This document shows positions 12,165 to 24,171 of a stretch of DNA of 64,000 nucleotides, piece after piece (within the stretch, counting starts at the first letter, position 1; every line of letters starts with the position of its first letter). The notes below the pieces were generated by a model. That model saw only the letters and a program-made list of their open reading frames with translations. It did no database searches and was not told where the DNA came from. This DNA is from Mobula hypostoma (lineage: Eukaryota): NCBI RefSeq assembly GCF_963921235.1, contig NC_086097.1, positions 215,700,001 through 215,764,000 of the forward strand, read 5' to 3'. The translations under genes and the position numbers were made by a program.

Positions 12165-12814
12165 TAATATGCAAGGGTCAAATGAGAGATCAAGAATTCA
12201 TCTTTAATGTATGTAAGGCCCATTCAAAAGTCTTATAACAGTGGGATAGAATTTGTCGAATCTGGTGATACGCTTTCTCAAGTTTGAAGGATATATATAG
12301 AAGAGAATTTGGTTGCAGAGAAGTAAATGGGTGAATGGGACTGCTTGCTTCCAGAGACAGCTTGGATTTGATTGGCTGAATGACCTCTTTCAATGTTGAG
12401 AGAGAGTATGAAATAACTCTAGAAATCATGCAACATCTGCGGCTGGCTTTACAATTTCTATTGCACCACAAGTAGATGTCACTCAGTGTTTGCCAGCTCC
12501 AGTGACAGCTCTGTTTGCTATGCACGAGCACAGCAATCATCACTCTATGCAGAGGCTTTCAGAAATCCATTTATCCTTTGAAAAGATACGGATAGCTGGA
12601 ATGGTGTAGATATTGTTGCAAGGAAGTGGCAGTGAGTTTATGGAGCGTGAAGCTGCTTTCTTTAAATTCACCTTTCGCTTCTGCCATTTCACCAGAGCAC
12701 TCAGGCTGTGTCATGTAGAACCACAACTCTCAAGGTCATCTTTCAGGGCCTCCCGCAGTATTCTCCAATTAGAATCTGCATCGTCCCGCATACTTTGTGC
12801 AACCACTCTCAATA

Positions 12815-13010
12815 TTTCTCATCTCATAACTCCCCAAAGCCAGTCCAGCATCTGCAAGGCCCAGGTCAGGAGTGACAGAATACTCTCCACTTGCTTTGAT
12901 GAGTGTAGCATCAACAACTCTCAAGAAGCTTGACATCATATAGATCAGAGCAAACTGCTTGATAATCACTGTATCCACAACCATTCACACTCTTCACCAG
13001 AGTTCAAGGT
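12815..13010 (+). mobile_element. Ancient LINE fragment (CR1/L2-group RT C-terminus)
   Basis: ICKAQVRS..EYSPLA..TTLKKLD-like remnant, homologous to 19790-19900. Confidence 0.55.
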
Positions 13011-14338
13011 ACATTTACTATCAAAGTATGTAGACTATATATAACCCTGAGATCCATCTCCTTACGGGCAGCCACATAACAGAGGATCTATCAATAGAAC
13101 CCATTAAAAAAAGACCATCAAACACCCAATGTGTAGAATGGAAAGAAACAGTGCAAACAATAAAAAGAAGCAAATAAAACTTTTTATTGCCATAAAGAAA
13201 TGATCTGTATCCACAACATGTGAAGCAAAGATTTCCTCCATAGCTCAGTGAAGAGTGACAATAATAAACCAATTTGCAATTCGCTATTTTCTGATACAGA
13301 CAGAGAATACTGAACTGTTGAATCTGAAAACCTACAGCTTTGATATTTAAAGAGTAGCAAGACAATAGGTTAAGAGTTAGGGTGGAATTAAACTGAATAG
13401 TGCTTTTTGTTCAGCATGGACAAGGTGAGCTGAGCAACCTTTGATGTGCCATAAACTTCCATGATTTATATAAGATATTAAAATAGGTTCCAAAAATGCA
13501 AAGAAGTTGATTACTTGATTGCCATATGAAATGTAGCAATTTCATCGATCAGTGACATCATGGCTAAATGTGTGATTCCATCAAATATAAATCTCTCTTA
13601 GTCTGTACTGTAAAGTAATTGTTCTCTTTGAATAAGAAACTTAGCTTACTTCCCACACCAGAGGGTGGCAACCCCCCCCCCACCCACCCCCCCCCCACAG
13701 CTGTTCCACCTGAGCTCTGGAAGGAGATGCGCAAGACTTAATTGTTGTAGTCCTATGAAAGTATGAAAATCATTGGTGATGCAGTTCATACCCCACTCCA
13801 GGGCTGCCACAAAGAGCAGATTTCAATGATGAAGTGCAAATTTCTTATTCATTATTCCCTCTAAAAGATTCTTGTAAGAAAATTGGTCTCTGAACGTGAT
13901 GGACAGATACAGTGACTTGAAAAAGTATTCAGGCCCCACAACTATTTTCACATTTTACTGTCTCATCTTCTAAATTTGAAATATACTGAAGCAAGATTTT
14001 TGAGCTAATTTACAAAACGTGAATCATGTTAAATCAAAAGAAAAATTCCAAAACCAATATTAAAGATCAAAATTATGAGGCTGATTAAGTATTCATCCCC
14101 TTTGAAATTACTTTGCAATTTACTTCAGGTGCAATACTGTACGTATTGCCTTACTAACTCACCCAATTCATTGACGTAGAATAAATACCCCCTCCCTCTG
14201 TAAGGTCCAACTGTGTGGTAGATTTTCAACAGACCAAACCAAAATGAAGACAAAAGAGCATTAAAGGCAAGTCAGGGAAATGATAATAGAGAAGCACAAA
14301 TCTGGGGATGGGTACAAGACCATCTCAAAGGCACGGAA

Positions 14339-14835
14339 CATCAGAATCAGGTTTATTATTATCGGCATATGTCTTGAAATTTGTTAACTTTATGGCAGTA
14401 ATACGATGAAATACGTGATAAATAAATATAGAAAAAAAACTGAATTACAGTTGGTATATATAGTTCTATTAAATAGTTAAATTAAAAAACGTAGTGGAAA
14501 AAAAAACAAAAATGGAAAAGGTACACACACAAAATGCTGAAGGAACTCAGCAGGCCAGGCAGCATCTATGGAAAAAAGTACAACCAACGTTTCGGGCCGA
14601 GACCCTTCATACGGTCCTCCCAAAGGGTCTTAACCCAAAATGTCAACTGTACATTTTTCCATAAATGCTGCCTGGCCTGCTGAGTTCCTCCAGAATTTTG
14701 TGTGTGTTGCTTGGATTTCCAGCACCTGGTTTGTTTTCGAAATCAAAAAGTATTGAGGTAGTGTTCATAGGTTCAATGTCCATTTAGAAATCTGATGGCA
14801 GAGGGGGAAAAGCTGTTCCTGAATTGCTGAATTGC
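14339..14835 (-). mobile_element. Rex1/Babar-like LINE 3' end inserted in the Tc1 transposase
   Basis: ATCAGAATCAGGTTTATT tail and AAATCTGATGGCAGAGGGGGAAAAGCTGTTCCTGAA (rc of NSF.PSAIRF). Homologous to 53440-53997 and 37495-37785. Confidence 0.75.
14523..14728. mobile_element. Penelope-derived palindromic (fold-back) element
   Basis: Arms of ~85 bp at 14523-14608 and 14623-14707 are reverse complements. The centre holds two divergent, decayed hammerhead cores. Confidence 0.8.
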
Positions 14836-17800
14836 TTCAGTCTTCCTTGGAGTTCAGTTTGGAGCATCATGAAACTGCAGCCACACTGTCTAGATCAGGC
14901 CATCCCTCTAAACTTAGTCACCGGAGGAGAATGGCACTAGTAAGAGAGGCTACAGTGATGCCAACGGTCACTCTGAGTGAGCTGCAGAAGTTAGAGCCTG
15001 CAACTGGAGATGAAGTTCATGGCTGCGCAGTCTCTGAGGCCTTGGACTAGAAGGGTATTTATGTAAGAATGGAAAGGAAGAAGCCCTGGCTAAAAAAAGA
15101 AAGCATATCATTGTACATAAAGACTTTGCAAAGCATTATTCAGAGATACTGTAAAGGTGTGGAAGAGGGTCTTGTGGTCAGATGAGACTAAAGTGGAACT
15201 TTTTGGCCTCAACACTAAGTGGTACATGCAGCATAAATCTAATACTAATCATCAGTCAGGTAACACCATCCCTACTGTAGAGTATGCTGGAGGTAGCATC
15301 AGCCTATGGGGATGCTTTTCAGCAGCAGGGTCTGAAAATCTGGTCAGGATTGCTGGGCAGATGAATGCTGCTAAATACAGAGAGTTCCTGGATAAAAATC
15401 TGCTAGCCTCTCCAGAAAGATTAAATTGGGGAGGAAATTCATCTTTCAGCATGACGGTGACCCAAAGCACACTGCCAGAGCAACCATGGAGTGGCTTCAA
15501 ATGAAGAAAATTGAAGATCTTGAGTGGCACAGTCAGAGTCCTGATCCTAACCCAATCGAACATCTCTGGCAAGTCCTCGAGATTGTTGTCCACTGGCGCT
15601 CCCCAACTAACCTGTCACAGCTCCTCCTCTTCTCTCACTTCCCTCTGGTAATTCTGCCTACCTTGCTATACTGCTGGAGGGATATTTATTAATACATCCT
15701 AATGGGAGCAGCAGGTTTGGTCAGAAGCTTTGGAGCCAGGAAAGATTTCTTCAGCATTTCTCCCACCTCGTTATGCTTGTGCAATTTAACGCAGCTATTG
15801 AAAAATGTAAACACATGAACCATAGTGAGAATTAGATGAAATTAGCCACCAACTAACCTAAAAATAATCAATCACCCCACTGGAAAGTGCTAATGTTTTG
15901 TTCTTCCTACTATTTGAAGCCTGCGGTGATGTGTAAGGTTGTGATAAGGAGTTAGCAAGAGCTTGGAGCAGACACAACTGAAAATAAATCAGAGCTGTTT
16001 AGTAATTTCCTCATTCTCCAAACTTCTTGTAGGCTTTATCTGTACATTTACTGATACTGTAATTGTAACAATGTAATTGTAATATATGAATCATTTGTGC
16101 CATTTTCAATATCAAGGAGACTCAAAACGTCTACAAAGCTGAACCACCAATCCAACATTCACACACTGAAATTATCAGTCCTAATCAGGATAAAACAAAA
16201 ACAAATATTAAAGTAAAAGGTCAAAGGAAAACCACTCAAATCCTGATCAATCAAACAATATTAAATGGAGTACCTTTACATTGACTTCTCCTTTTCATTC
16301 TTTTGATTTGTAATGATAATTTCAATTACGATGCAGTACTAACTTCACCAAGTCTTTTGTTTCACTATTTAGAATCCTTATATAAATGTAAATGGAGCTA
16401 TTTATTTTTAAAGGGCATCGTTATAATAATGTGTTATTTTTTAATGTCAGCTAGCAATCAAAGGCTACTGATCAGAATGGGAAGTAACATGAAATTGTGC
16501 TTCCTCGGAGGAAGCACAATTATATGATAATCCGGACATTGGATTTCCTGGAATTGCAGCATTTAAGGCTAAATTCATATGAGATGTATAAAATAATTCT
16601 GATTGCATCAAAATCTCAATAACAAGTTGGAGCATTGATGTAATAACATATTTTGGCCAAGCAAAGTGTATTCTATGTGATTCTATATATCAAACATATA
16701 GGTAAACATCCTGCCATCTTCTCATTTTATTGCGTTGAACTTACTGTAAAACTCTAATCATGTTATTAATTTGGATGATTATGAAAATATTGTTTTTCAT
16801 TTTATTGGTTTCCAACAAAATGTTTTTTCTCAGAATCAGAATCATAATCAGGTTCAATATCACTGACATATGTCATGAAATTCATTTTTTTCTATATTTT
16901 ATGCAAATTTAATCTCATTTCTCTCCTGTAATTTTAGCTAGTTAATTTTGTCTTTGCAACATTTAAAAGCTGAATAAGATGCTCACAAGACTACTTCAAA
17001 AATTTATTCCTACTCCCATGGTTTGGGAAAACATAACTAAACTAAATTTTACAAGTATTAATAAAACATAGAAGTAAGTTGCAGGAATCAAAACAATTAT
17101 TTTCTTCTGAAAATACTTCTTAATACAATTTATTATGTTGGTAATTTATAAAAATACTTTAAAATTGGCAAGTAATATTAAAATGTTCAAACTGTGTATC
17201 ATAATGAAAGTAAAACAACTTTCTGATTAAGTGCTAACCTAACTGCTTTATAATCATTAAGGATTACAAATAATATTTTATTTCACTACATTTTGCTTTG
17301 CTACTAACAAAATGATTCTGTAGATGAACGTAAATTGTCCAGAAAATGTTTTTATGTCTTTTTGCACCATGATATAATTATATTTTATATTGCAAGAGTG
17401 AGGAGAAGGTGTTGGACTGGAAATTAGCTTAATTCAACAGTATGAATGGATATTTTGTTTGGATTAATTGGCTGGAAAAAATAGCAGATCAAACTTCAGA
17501 GTAACATAAGGCAATCTTTAAATATGAAATGGAGGTGGTGCAGCTTGAATACATTCAAACTGAGAGTAAAAGATATATGAGAAGAAGCATGTCACAAAAT
17601 CAGAATAGCAATTAGATTTAAAAGGCAATAGTTAATAATTGGATGAAATAAAGTACAAAATACAACTATCATAAAACAAAAAAATGGAAGAGAAGGTAAA
17701 AATACCATTAAGAGAAATGGGTGGAAACAAGCAAACATTTATGCCAACAGAAGTCACAACTGCAGTAACTTAGTAATGAGATAATAAGCAAAATGATACA

Positions 17801-19229
17801 GAAAGAATGCTGAAGATCTTTAAAGATGATGGAGCATATCATAGAACTGAGATTGAAGAAATTCAAATTGTGTATTTTTGTTAATTTCTAGAGATGGATA
17901 ACTTGTTATTTTAGAAGACTGTGAAGAGTACTCAGTGGAGATGAATATTCAAAATTTCATGCCATACAAAAGATCAACGAGACTAAATTATAAAAAGTCA
18001 CTATCTAAATGTTTTGAATAATTGAATGATAAAAATGGTTAGGGACTACAGGAGCACTGAATACAATTTTTCCAAATTTCAAAATTTGCAAATGTTGCAC
18101 CTATGCTTAAGCATAGAAATCAAGGTCAGTCAAAACAAACAATTTTCACATGCTTGTTGATCATTTTCTAAGCCAGTAATTTAATTTCTGTGAAGACTAT
18201 CACATGGTTTATCATCTCTTCATTTTATGAGGACTGGTAAGAATAGTTCAAAATCCAGCTCTGTAATGTCATAATGTGGTTAAGCTAGTAAGTACTTAAA
18301 AGATAGAGGCTGACCAGGAATAATCAATGTAAAATGGCAAAGAAAAGTCATTAACAACTATTTTAATTTTGAGGAAATTATAATATATATATATGTGAAA
18401 AGGGAATATGGATTTTCATAAGATATCAGAAAATATGTTCCCTGAAAAAACATGATATGATGCACCAAGGAAAATGTAGCTGCATATAGCTGTAGAAATC
18501 AGAGCTAAATCAGAAGTTAATGGTCATGCCAAATCCAACTCCAATATCTTGTCCTAGAGACCCTTGAGGTATACAAAACAGAAACAAGCCTTTCAACCCA
18601 CCCATGTCCATGCTGACTATCAAGTGCCATCCACACTAATCCCATTTACCAGCACTTGGTCCATTGCATGTTCTGCTTGCCCAGAATATCTACGTTTGTA
18701 TGTCCACCACCTTCCCAGGAAGCGTGTTCTTGATTGAATTCTCCCTCAGGCTGTTCGGTTTCACAGGATTTGAACTGTACTCAGAAATCTATGGCGAGTT
18801 CAATTGTTTCTCAATTATATAAATTGATCAGGGCAAAAGCTACACCATTATAAATTAAAGATCATTCAATACAATCTAGAATAATGATATGGATGTGTGG
18901 ACAACAATGGTAGAAGTGATTAAGTAGGAGCAGGAAATGAGTAAATAATCCCTCAAATATTCTCCAGCATTCAGTGAAGTCAAGTCTAATCTTTGACTAC
19001 AAATCTATTTCACTGCCTGAATTCCATAACTCATTGTAGTGCAGAAAACTATAATGTGTATCCCTAGCTTTAATGACTGTGTATCTTCACCTCTCCGGGA
19101 TAGAGAATTGCAAATGTTTAAGCTCCTCCATCTCTCAATCTTCAATGATCAGCTCTTTAAGTAAGAACTATGTTATTTGCCTCTAGCTTCTTCAATCAGG
19201 AGAAATATCTATACATCATCTGGACATCA

Positions 19230-20345
19230 AAGCAGCATTAGAGATCAGAAAGGAAAAACCTCCATGGGTTGAATCTTACCTAAAACAAAGGAAGCTGGTT
19301 AATCATCCCAGACACAGAGCATCTCTGCAGGATTTCCACAGAACAGTGCCTTAGTCCCAACCATTTCAGCCACAGTATCTCTCTGCAGGAGTCCACAGGG
19401 TAATGTCCTAGTTCCAACCATCTCAGCTGCTTCATTAGTGACCTTCTATTAATTGTAAGGTTTGCTGATGATTACACAACATTCAGTGCCATTGCCACTT
19501 CTCAGATAATGAAGCAGTCCTCAGGCAAATGCAATAAGTCCCAAACAATATTCAGACCTGGGCTGATAGGTAGCAAGAAATAATGACACCATAAAAATGC
19601 CAGTCAATGACAATATCCAACAAGAGAAAATTGAACTATCATCCTTGCTGACATTCAGTGGTATTACCATCACTGAATCATTCTCTATTAATATCCTATG
19701 GTTTTACTATAGACCAGAAATCCTGAGTGTCATATATCCATTGTTGGTCAGAAGCTAGGAATCCTGCAGCAAGTAACTCATCCCGAACTCCCCAAAACCT
19801 GTTCACCATCAAAAAGGCTCAAATCAGGAATGTGATGGAGTATGCTCTGCTTAACTGGTTGAGTGCAGCTTCATAACTCTCAAGAAGCTTAGAATCATAT
19901 GGGACATAGCGGCCTGTTTGGTAGGCACCACATTACCATTCACTGGCTCTTCCACTAATGATTAGTAGGAGCAATTTGTACAGTCTTCACGATGTACAGC
20001 AGCAACTCACCAAGACGCTCTCCCTAACAAGTATGTGGGTATACCAACACCAGCAGAACCGGAGGATGTGAATTCGATTTCAACACTTAAGAGAAATCTG
20101 GATAAGTATTTGGATGGGAGGGCTATAGAGAGCTATGGACCAGATGTAGGTCAATGGGACTAAGCAAAATAACATCACAACAGGGCTTGTAGGCCAAAGG
20201 GCTTGTCTCTGTGCTACAGTGCTTTATGACTATGACTACCTCAAGGACTGCAGCTGTTCAAGAAGGTAACTCACCTTCTGAAGAGCAATTAGGGTCAGAC
20301 AATTAAAAGCTGGCTCAGCCTGCAAAGACCACATCCCTTGAATGA
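19230..20345 (+). mobile_element. Ancient LINE (RT domain to 3' end) with an internal ~58-bp tandem duplication and a short CR1 3' insert (~20070-20240)
   Basis: Remnants resembling SAG.PQG.VL.PT (duplicated at ~19320 and ~19378), FADD (TTTGCTGATGAT ~19461) and KAQIRNVMEY. Confidence 0.6.
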
Positions 20346-20789
20346 AGTAAAATGTTCCCTGGGATGGTGTCCAGGGAACCATCATTCCACGTGGTCACAT
20401 GGCATCAGAGGGATCCACTCAGTCTTTAACCCTCATCAGAAGGCAGCAGCTCCTCCAGTGTGAGGCTCTGCAATGCATTAGAGCTTTAGTCTAGATCTCT
20501 GTGCTCAAGTCACTAGAGTGGTATTTGAACTCAGAACTTTAACTCAATTGTTTGTATAATTACAGCACATGTTTTTGCACCCAGTCATGAGAAAATAAGG
20601 AAGTCGCATTGTCCTGCCTGACTGGCAACTGTTCTTCAGAGGTCCTCCAACTGCTCCCTGTGGCTTAGCTTATCTCAGCCATCCTTTCCATACTCAGCCA
20701 AATGCAGAAACTTGAAGGTTGGATACAGATCTCGTGCTCCATAACTGGACCAACCACTAGTGGCCAGGAGGAAAACGGGCTGGATGCAT

Positions 20790-22062
20790 TTACAAGACCA
20801 TGAGACATAGGTGCAGAATTCGGTCATTCATCCTATTGAGTCTGCTCCACCATTCCATCATGGCTGATTCCAGATCCGATTCAACCCCATACACCTGTCC
20901 TCTCACCAAATCCCTTCATGCCCCAGCCAATCAAGAATCTATCCACTTCTGCTTTGAATATACCTACAGACTTCGCCTCCACCGCAGTCTGGGGCAGAGT
21001 ATTGCGTAGCTTCACCATTCCTTGGCTAACTTCTTACTTCTGTTGTAAAAGGTCAGCCCTCAATTTTGAGGTAGTGCCCTCTAGTTCTGGATACCCCCAC
21101 CAGAGAAAACATTCTCTCCACATCCACCTTATCTAGTCCTTTCAACATTCAGTAGATTTCAATGAGATCCCCATGCGTTCTTCTAAATTCCAGTGAGTAC
21201 AGGCCAAAAGCTGCCATATGTTCCTCATATGTTAACCCCTTCATTCCCAGATTCATCCATGTGAACCTCCTCTGGACTCTCTCCAATAACAACACATCCT
21301 TTCTGAGATAAGGGGCCCAAAACTGGTGACAATACTCCAAGTGTGGCCTGACCAGAGCCTTATAAAGCTTCAGCATTATCTCCTTGTTTTTATATTCTAT
21401 TTCCCTTGAAATAAATGCCAACATTGCATCTGTCTTCTTTACAAACTCAACCTGTGAATTAACCTTCTGGGAGTCTTGCACGAGACTTTTGCTTTTATAT
21501 TCCATTCCACTTGAAATTAATGCCAACATTGCATTTGTCTACTTTACCACAGACTCAACCTGTCAATTAACCTTCTGGGAGCCTAAGTTCCTCTGCACCT
21601 CTGATGTTTGAATTTTCTCCCCATTTAGATAATAGTCTGTACTTTTGTTCCTTCTGCCAAAATGCATTGTTATACATTTCCCAACTCTGTATTCTATCTG
21701 CCACTTTTTTTGCCTATTCTTCTAATTTGTCTAAGTTCTGTTGCAATCACATTGTTTCCTCAGCACTACCTACCCCTCCACCTGCCTTCGTATCATCCAC
21801 AAACCTTGCCACAAAGCCATGAATTCCACTAACTAAATTATTGGCAAACAATGTGAAAAGTAGTGGTCCCAATACTGACTCCTGGGGAATATAACTAGTC
21901 ACTGGCAGCCAACGTGAAAAAGCCCCCTTTATTCCCATTCACTGCCTGCTGCCTGTCAGCCATGCCTCTATCCATGCCAGTATATTTCCTGTAACACTAT
22001 AGGATTTTATCTTGTTAAGCAGATTCATGTGAGGCATCTTATCAAATGCCTTCTGAAAATCT
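20790..22062 (-). mobile_element. CR1 LINE, 3' half (RT to 3' tail), decayed, with an internal ~100-bp duplication
   Basis: ORFs 21747-21938 ([22 protein letters not shown]) and 21149-21529 (LVRPHLEYCHQFWAPYLRKD). The 3' tail reads ACAAGACCATGAGACATAGG on +. Duplicated block at ~21385-21480 and ~21490-21580. Confidence 0.9.
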
Positions 22063-22434
22063 ACTTCACCTTGAGTTCCTCAAAATTACATCAGGAACAA
22101 CTGGTGTACAAACAATATCCTCCTCATTTAAAAAGGAATTGCAGATTCTTTGGAAAATTGTAGGTCTTCAAATTATTTTATCTTACTCAGTTACATAAAG
22201 TGTTTTAATTACAGATTCTCAAAATCTGTAGCTTTTAAAAAAACATGTATATTTTCTCTGTTTGGAGGGATAAACATTGTTTCCATCATAAACACTTGAA
22301 AATAGTTCAGAATCCTTTCTATGGGGGGTTTCTGTGGCATCGACCCAACAGATTGCTAATTGACACTTTCGCAGCTTAAGTCTTGTCTCATTGTGGAAGG
22401 ACAACATGATTGGCCATTGCTGTATGGAACATGT

Positions 22435-22628
22435 GGGGTGTATGGGGTGTCAGGGAGGGGTAGCACCTCTGGTGGAGGAACATGTCGCGTCCTTTTCAGG
22501 GCGGTTAGTCCACCTTTGGTCCCCACCTGGCACTCAGCTCTCACCTGTGGCTCCCCGTAGCTGTTTGCATGCGACAGCGGCCACACCCCGGGCAACGGCT
22601 TCGACAAGCCGGCTAAACCAGGTGAGGG
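22435..22628 (+). ncRNA. Predicted HDV-like self-cleaving ribozyme
   Basis: P1 GGGGTGT(22435-41)/ACACCCC(22583-89); P2 CTCTCACCTGT(22538-48)/ACCAGGTGAGGG(22617-28) with one bulge; P3 GGC(22549-51)/GCC(22580-82); L3 starts TCCCCG; P1.1 GG(22590-91) then GCAA; P4 CGGCTT/AAGCCG; J4/2 GCTAA with putative catalytic C22613. Confidence 0.75.
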
Positions 22629-22996
22629 TAGCCGACGGGTCTCAAACCCTTGGTGAGACAGGGAGTTGTCTATCCCGGCATGTGAAGACAGACTCTGGCG
22701 GATTGAGCGGACGAGACCAATGGAAGGTCCAACGGTCAAGAAGGCGGTCTCTGCAAGCGTCGTGGAACGTGTAGAGCAGGACAAGACACAGAAGACGTCC
22801 TGGTCATCCACTGAGCCTAGTCCCATCTCCAGCCGTCTAGACTCTGTCTTGCCACAGGATCCAGATGGGAATTGGGAAGAGAGAGTGAGGCTGACGCTGC
22901 GCAACTCTCCCTCACTTAAATCCAAATCATGCACAAGTCTCGACACCATCATAATGGTGTCGAGGTCCTCATCGACGTCAACGATGCACGAACAAC
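22435..22996 (+). mobile_element. Young non-autonomous RTE-type retroelement (562 bp, non-coding, CpG-rich) with a 5' HDV-like ribozyme
   Basis: Perfect 11-bp TSD ATGGAACATGT at 22424-22434 and 22997-23007. High CpG retention against a CpG-poor background. Structured 5' end, 3' stem-loops and a short (AAC)n end. The RTE assignment is inferred from architecture. Confidence 0.8.
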
Positions 22997-24119
22997 ATGG
23001 AACATGTAAGTTCAAGTGAGAACCACAGGTGACAAGACTGGCAGTGAGCTAGATCTAGCACTGCCTGACTCATTGTAATTTTAAACAAATCTCGGTTTGA
23101 TCTGCTGTAGAAGCCGGAATATGAAAATATACAAAAATATGAAAATGCTGAAAATACTCAACAGGACTGGAGAATCAATTTTAATGTTTCAGGTCAGTGA
23201 TGAAAGGCCATCAACCTGCAACAAGATTCTGGCCTCTCTCCACAGAAGCTGCTTGACTTGCTGATTATATCAATTATTTATATTTTATTGCTCCTTCTAA
23301 CTACTGCTATTTTCTATTCTATTATTCTCTCTCTATGTTAGCATCAATTATTAATAGCCTTCCTCAAGGGTCTCCAAAAATATCCTGCTTTACACTAAAC
23401 CAGCACAGTTGTATGTGAATTATGCTAGAGAGAGGCACTCCCAACTGGTTATGTTTTTCTTATGAAGTGAGCAATGCTTATAGCATATGTCTATAGTATT
23501 GTGTGTCTCTAATATGGGGAAACATTCCAAATCAGTTTGCAGAAATGTAGCAAAAAAAAAGTGCACTTGGAGCCGTTTTACGGAATATTAGGAAAGGTTA
23601 CAAAAACCTTGATCAGTCATGGAAATTAATGAGTGCCTTGAAGAGCAAAGGATAGATTGATTTCAGAGTAAACCCCAAAATGGCTGAAGCAAAACCATCA
23701 ACTAACGGCTGATGTGGAGAGCGTGGAATATAAAAGAGAACATAAACACAGATTTGAAAGGGAGCTTAGTGGGAAATTGGGGAGGAAGATGTTATGACAG
23801 TTAGCAAAAATTACTCTTCATCTATTTCAGATTTCTTTCAAAAGCAGCTTTGTAGCACATGGGTGACCTACAAAGCATATAAAATGCCTTGGAACGCAAT
23901 GGTATTTAATTCCATTTGTTTTTTCCATCAATTATATTATCATGGTATTTTCTTTTCCAAATATTGGAAGGAATTCTAAGAACCATGAGAAATTGATTGA
24001 AAACAGTAATTTTTTGGGAGATTTAATCTGTCAATGGCAATATTTCTACTTCAAGTTCCCCAGAAGTTTCAAGCTTCTTCTCTAAACCTAAAACATTTAA
24101 CACTAGCTGGCTTTAAATC

Positions 24120-24171
24120 TGTAATGTTTCTATGTTATTTGAGCTTGTAATGTTTCTATGTTATTTGAGCT
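24120..24171. repeat. Perfect 26-bp tandem duplication
   Basis: TGTAATGTTTCTATGTTATTTGAGCT x2 (24120-24145, 24146-24171). Confidence 0.95.

Larger units (their letters stand above)
13910..15622 (+). mobile_element. Tc1-family (DD34E) DNA transposon, frameshifted, 3'-truncated and interrupted by nested insertions
   Basis: TA followed by TIR start CAGTGACTTGAAAAAGTATTCA at 13908-13931, with internal DR AAGTATTCA..CCCC near 14087. N-terminus MKTKEH*..HKSGDGYKTISK from 14244. Catalytic motifs WSDETK, FQHDGDPKH and SPDPNPIEHLW, with 34 residues between the second D and E. Confidence 0.92.

Noticed and set aside
17400..18530. A-rich strand-biased stretch as a possible exon or novel element
   Set aside because: Faint CR1 ORF2-like remnants suggest a very old LINE; too decayed to call with confidence.
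22356..23019. Overlapping ORFs of 219, 127 and 117 aa
   Set aside because: They lie over a GC-rich, TSD-bounded insertion, have no recognisable domains and are open on both strands. Low stop-codon frequency explains them.
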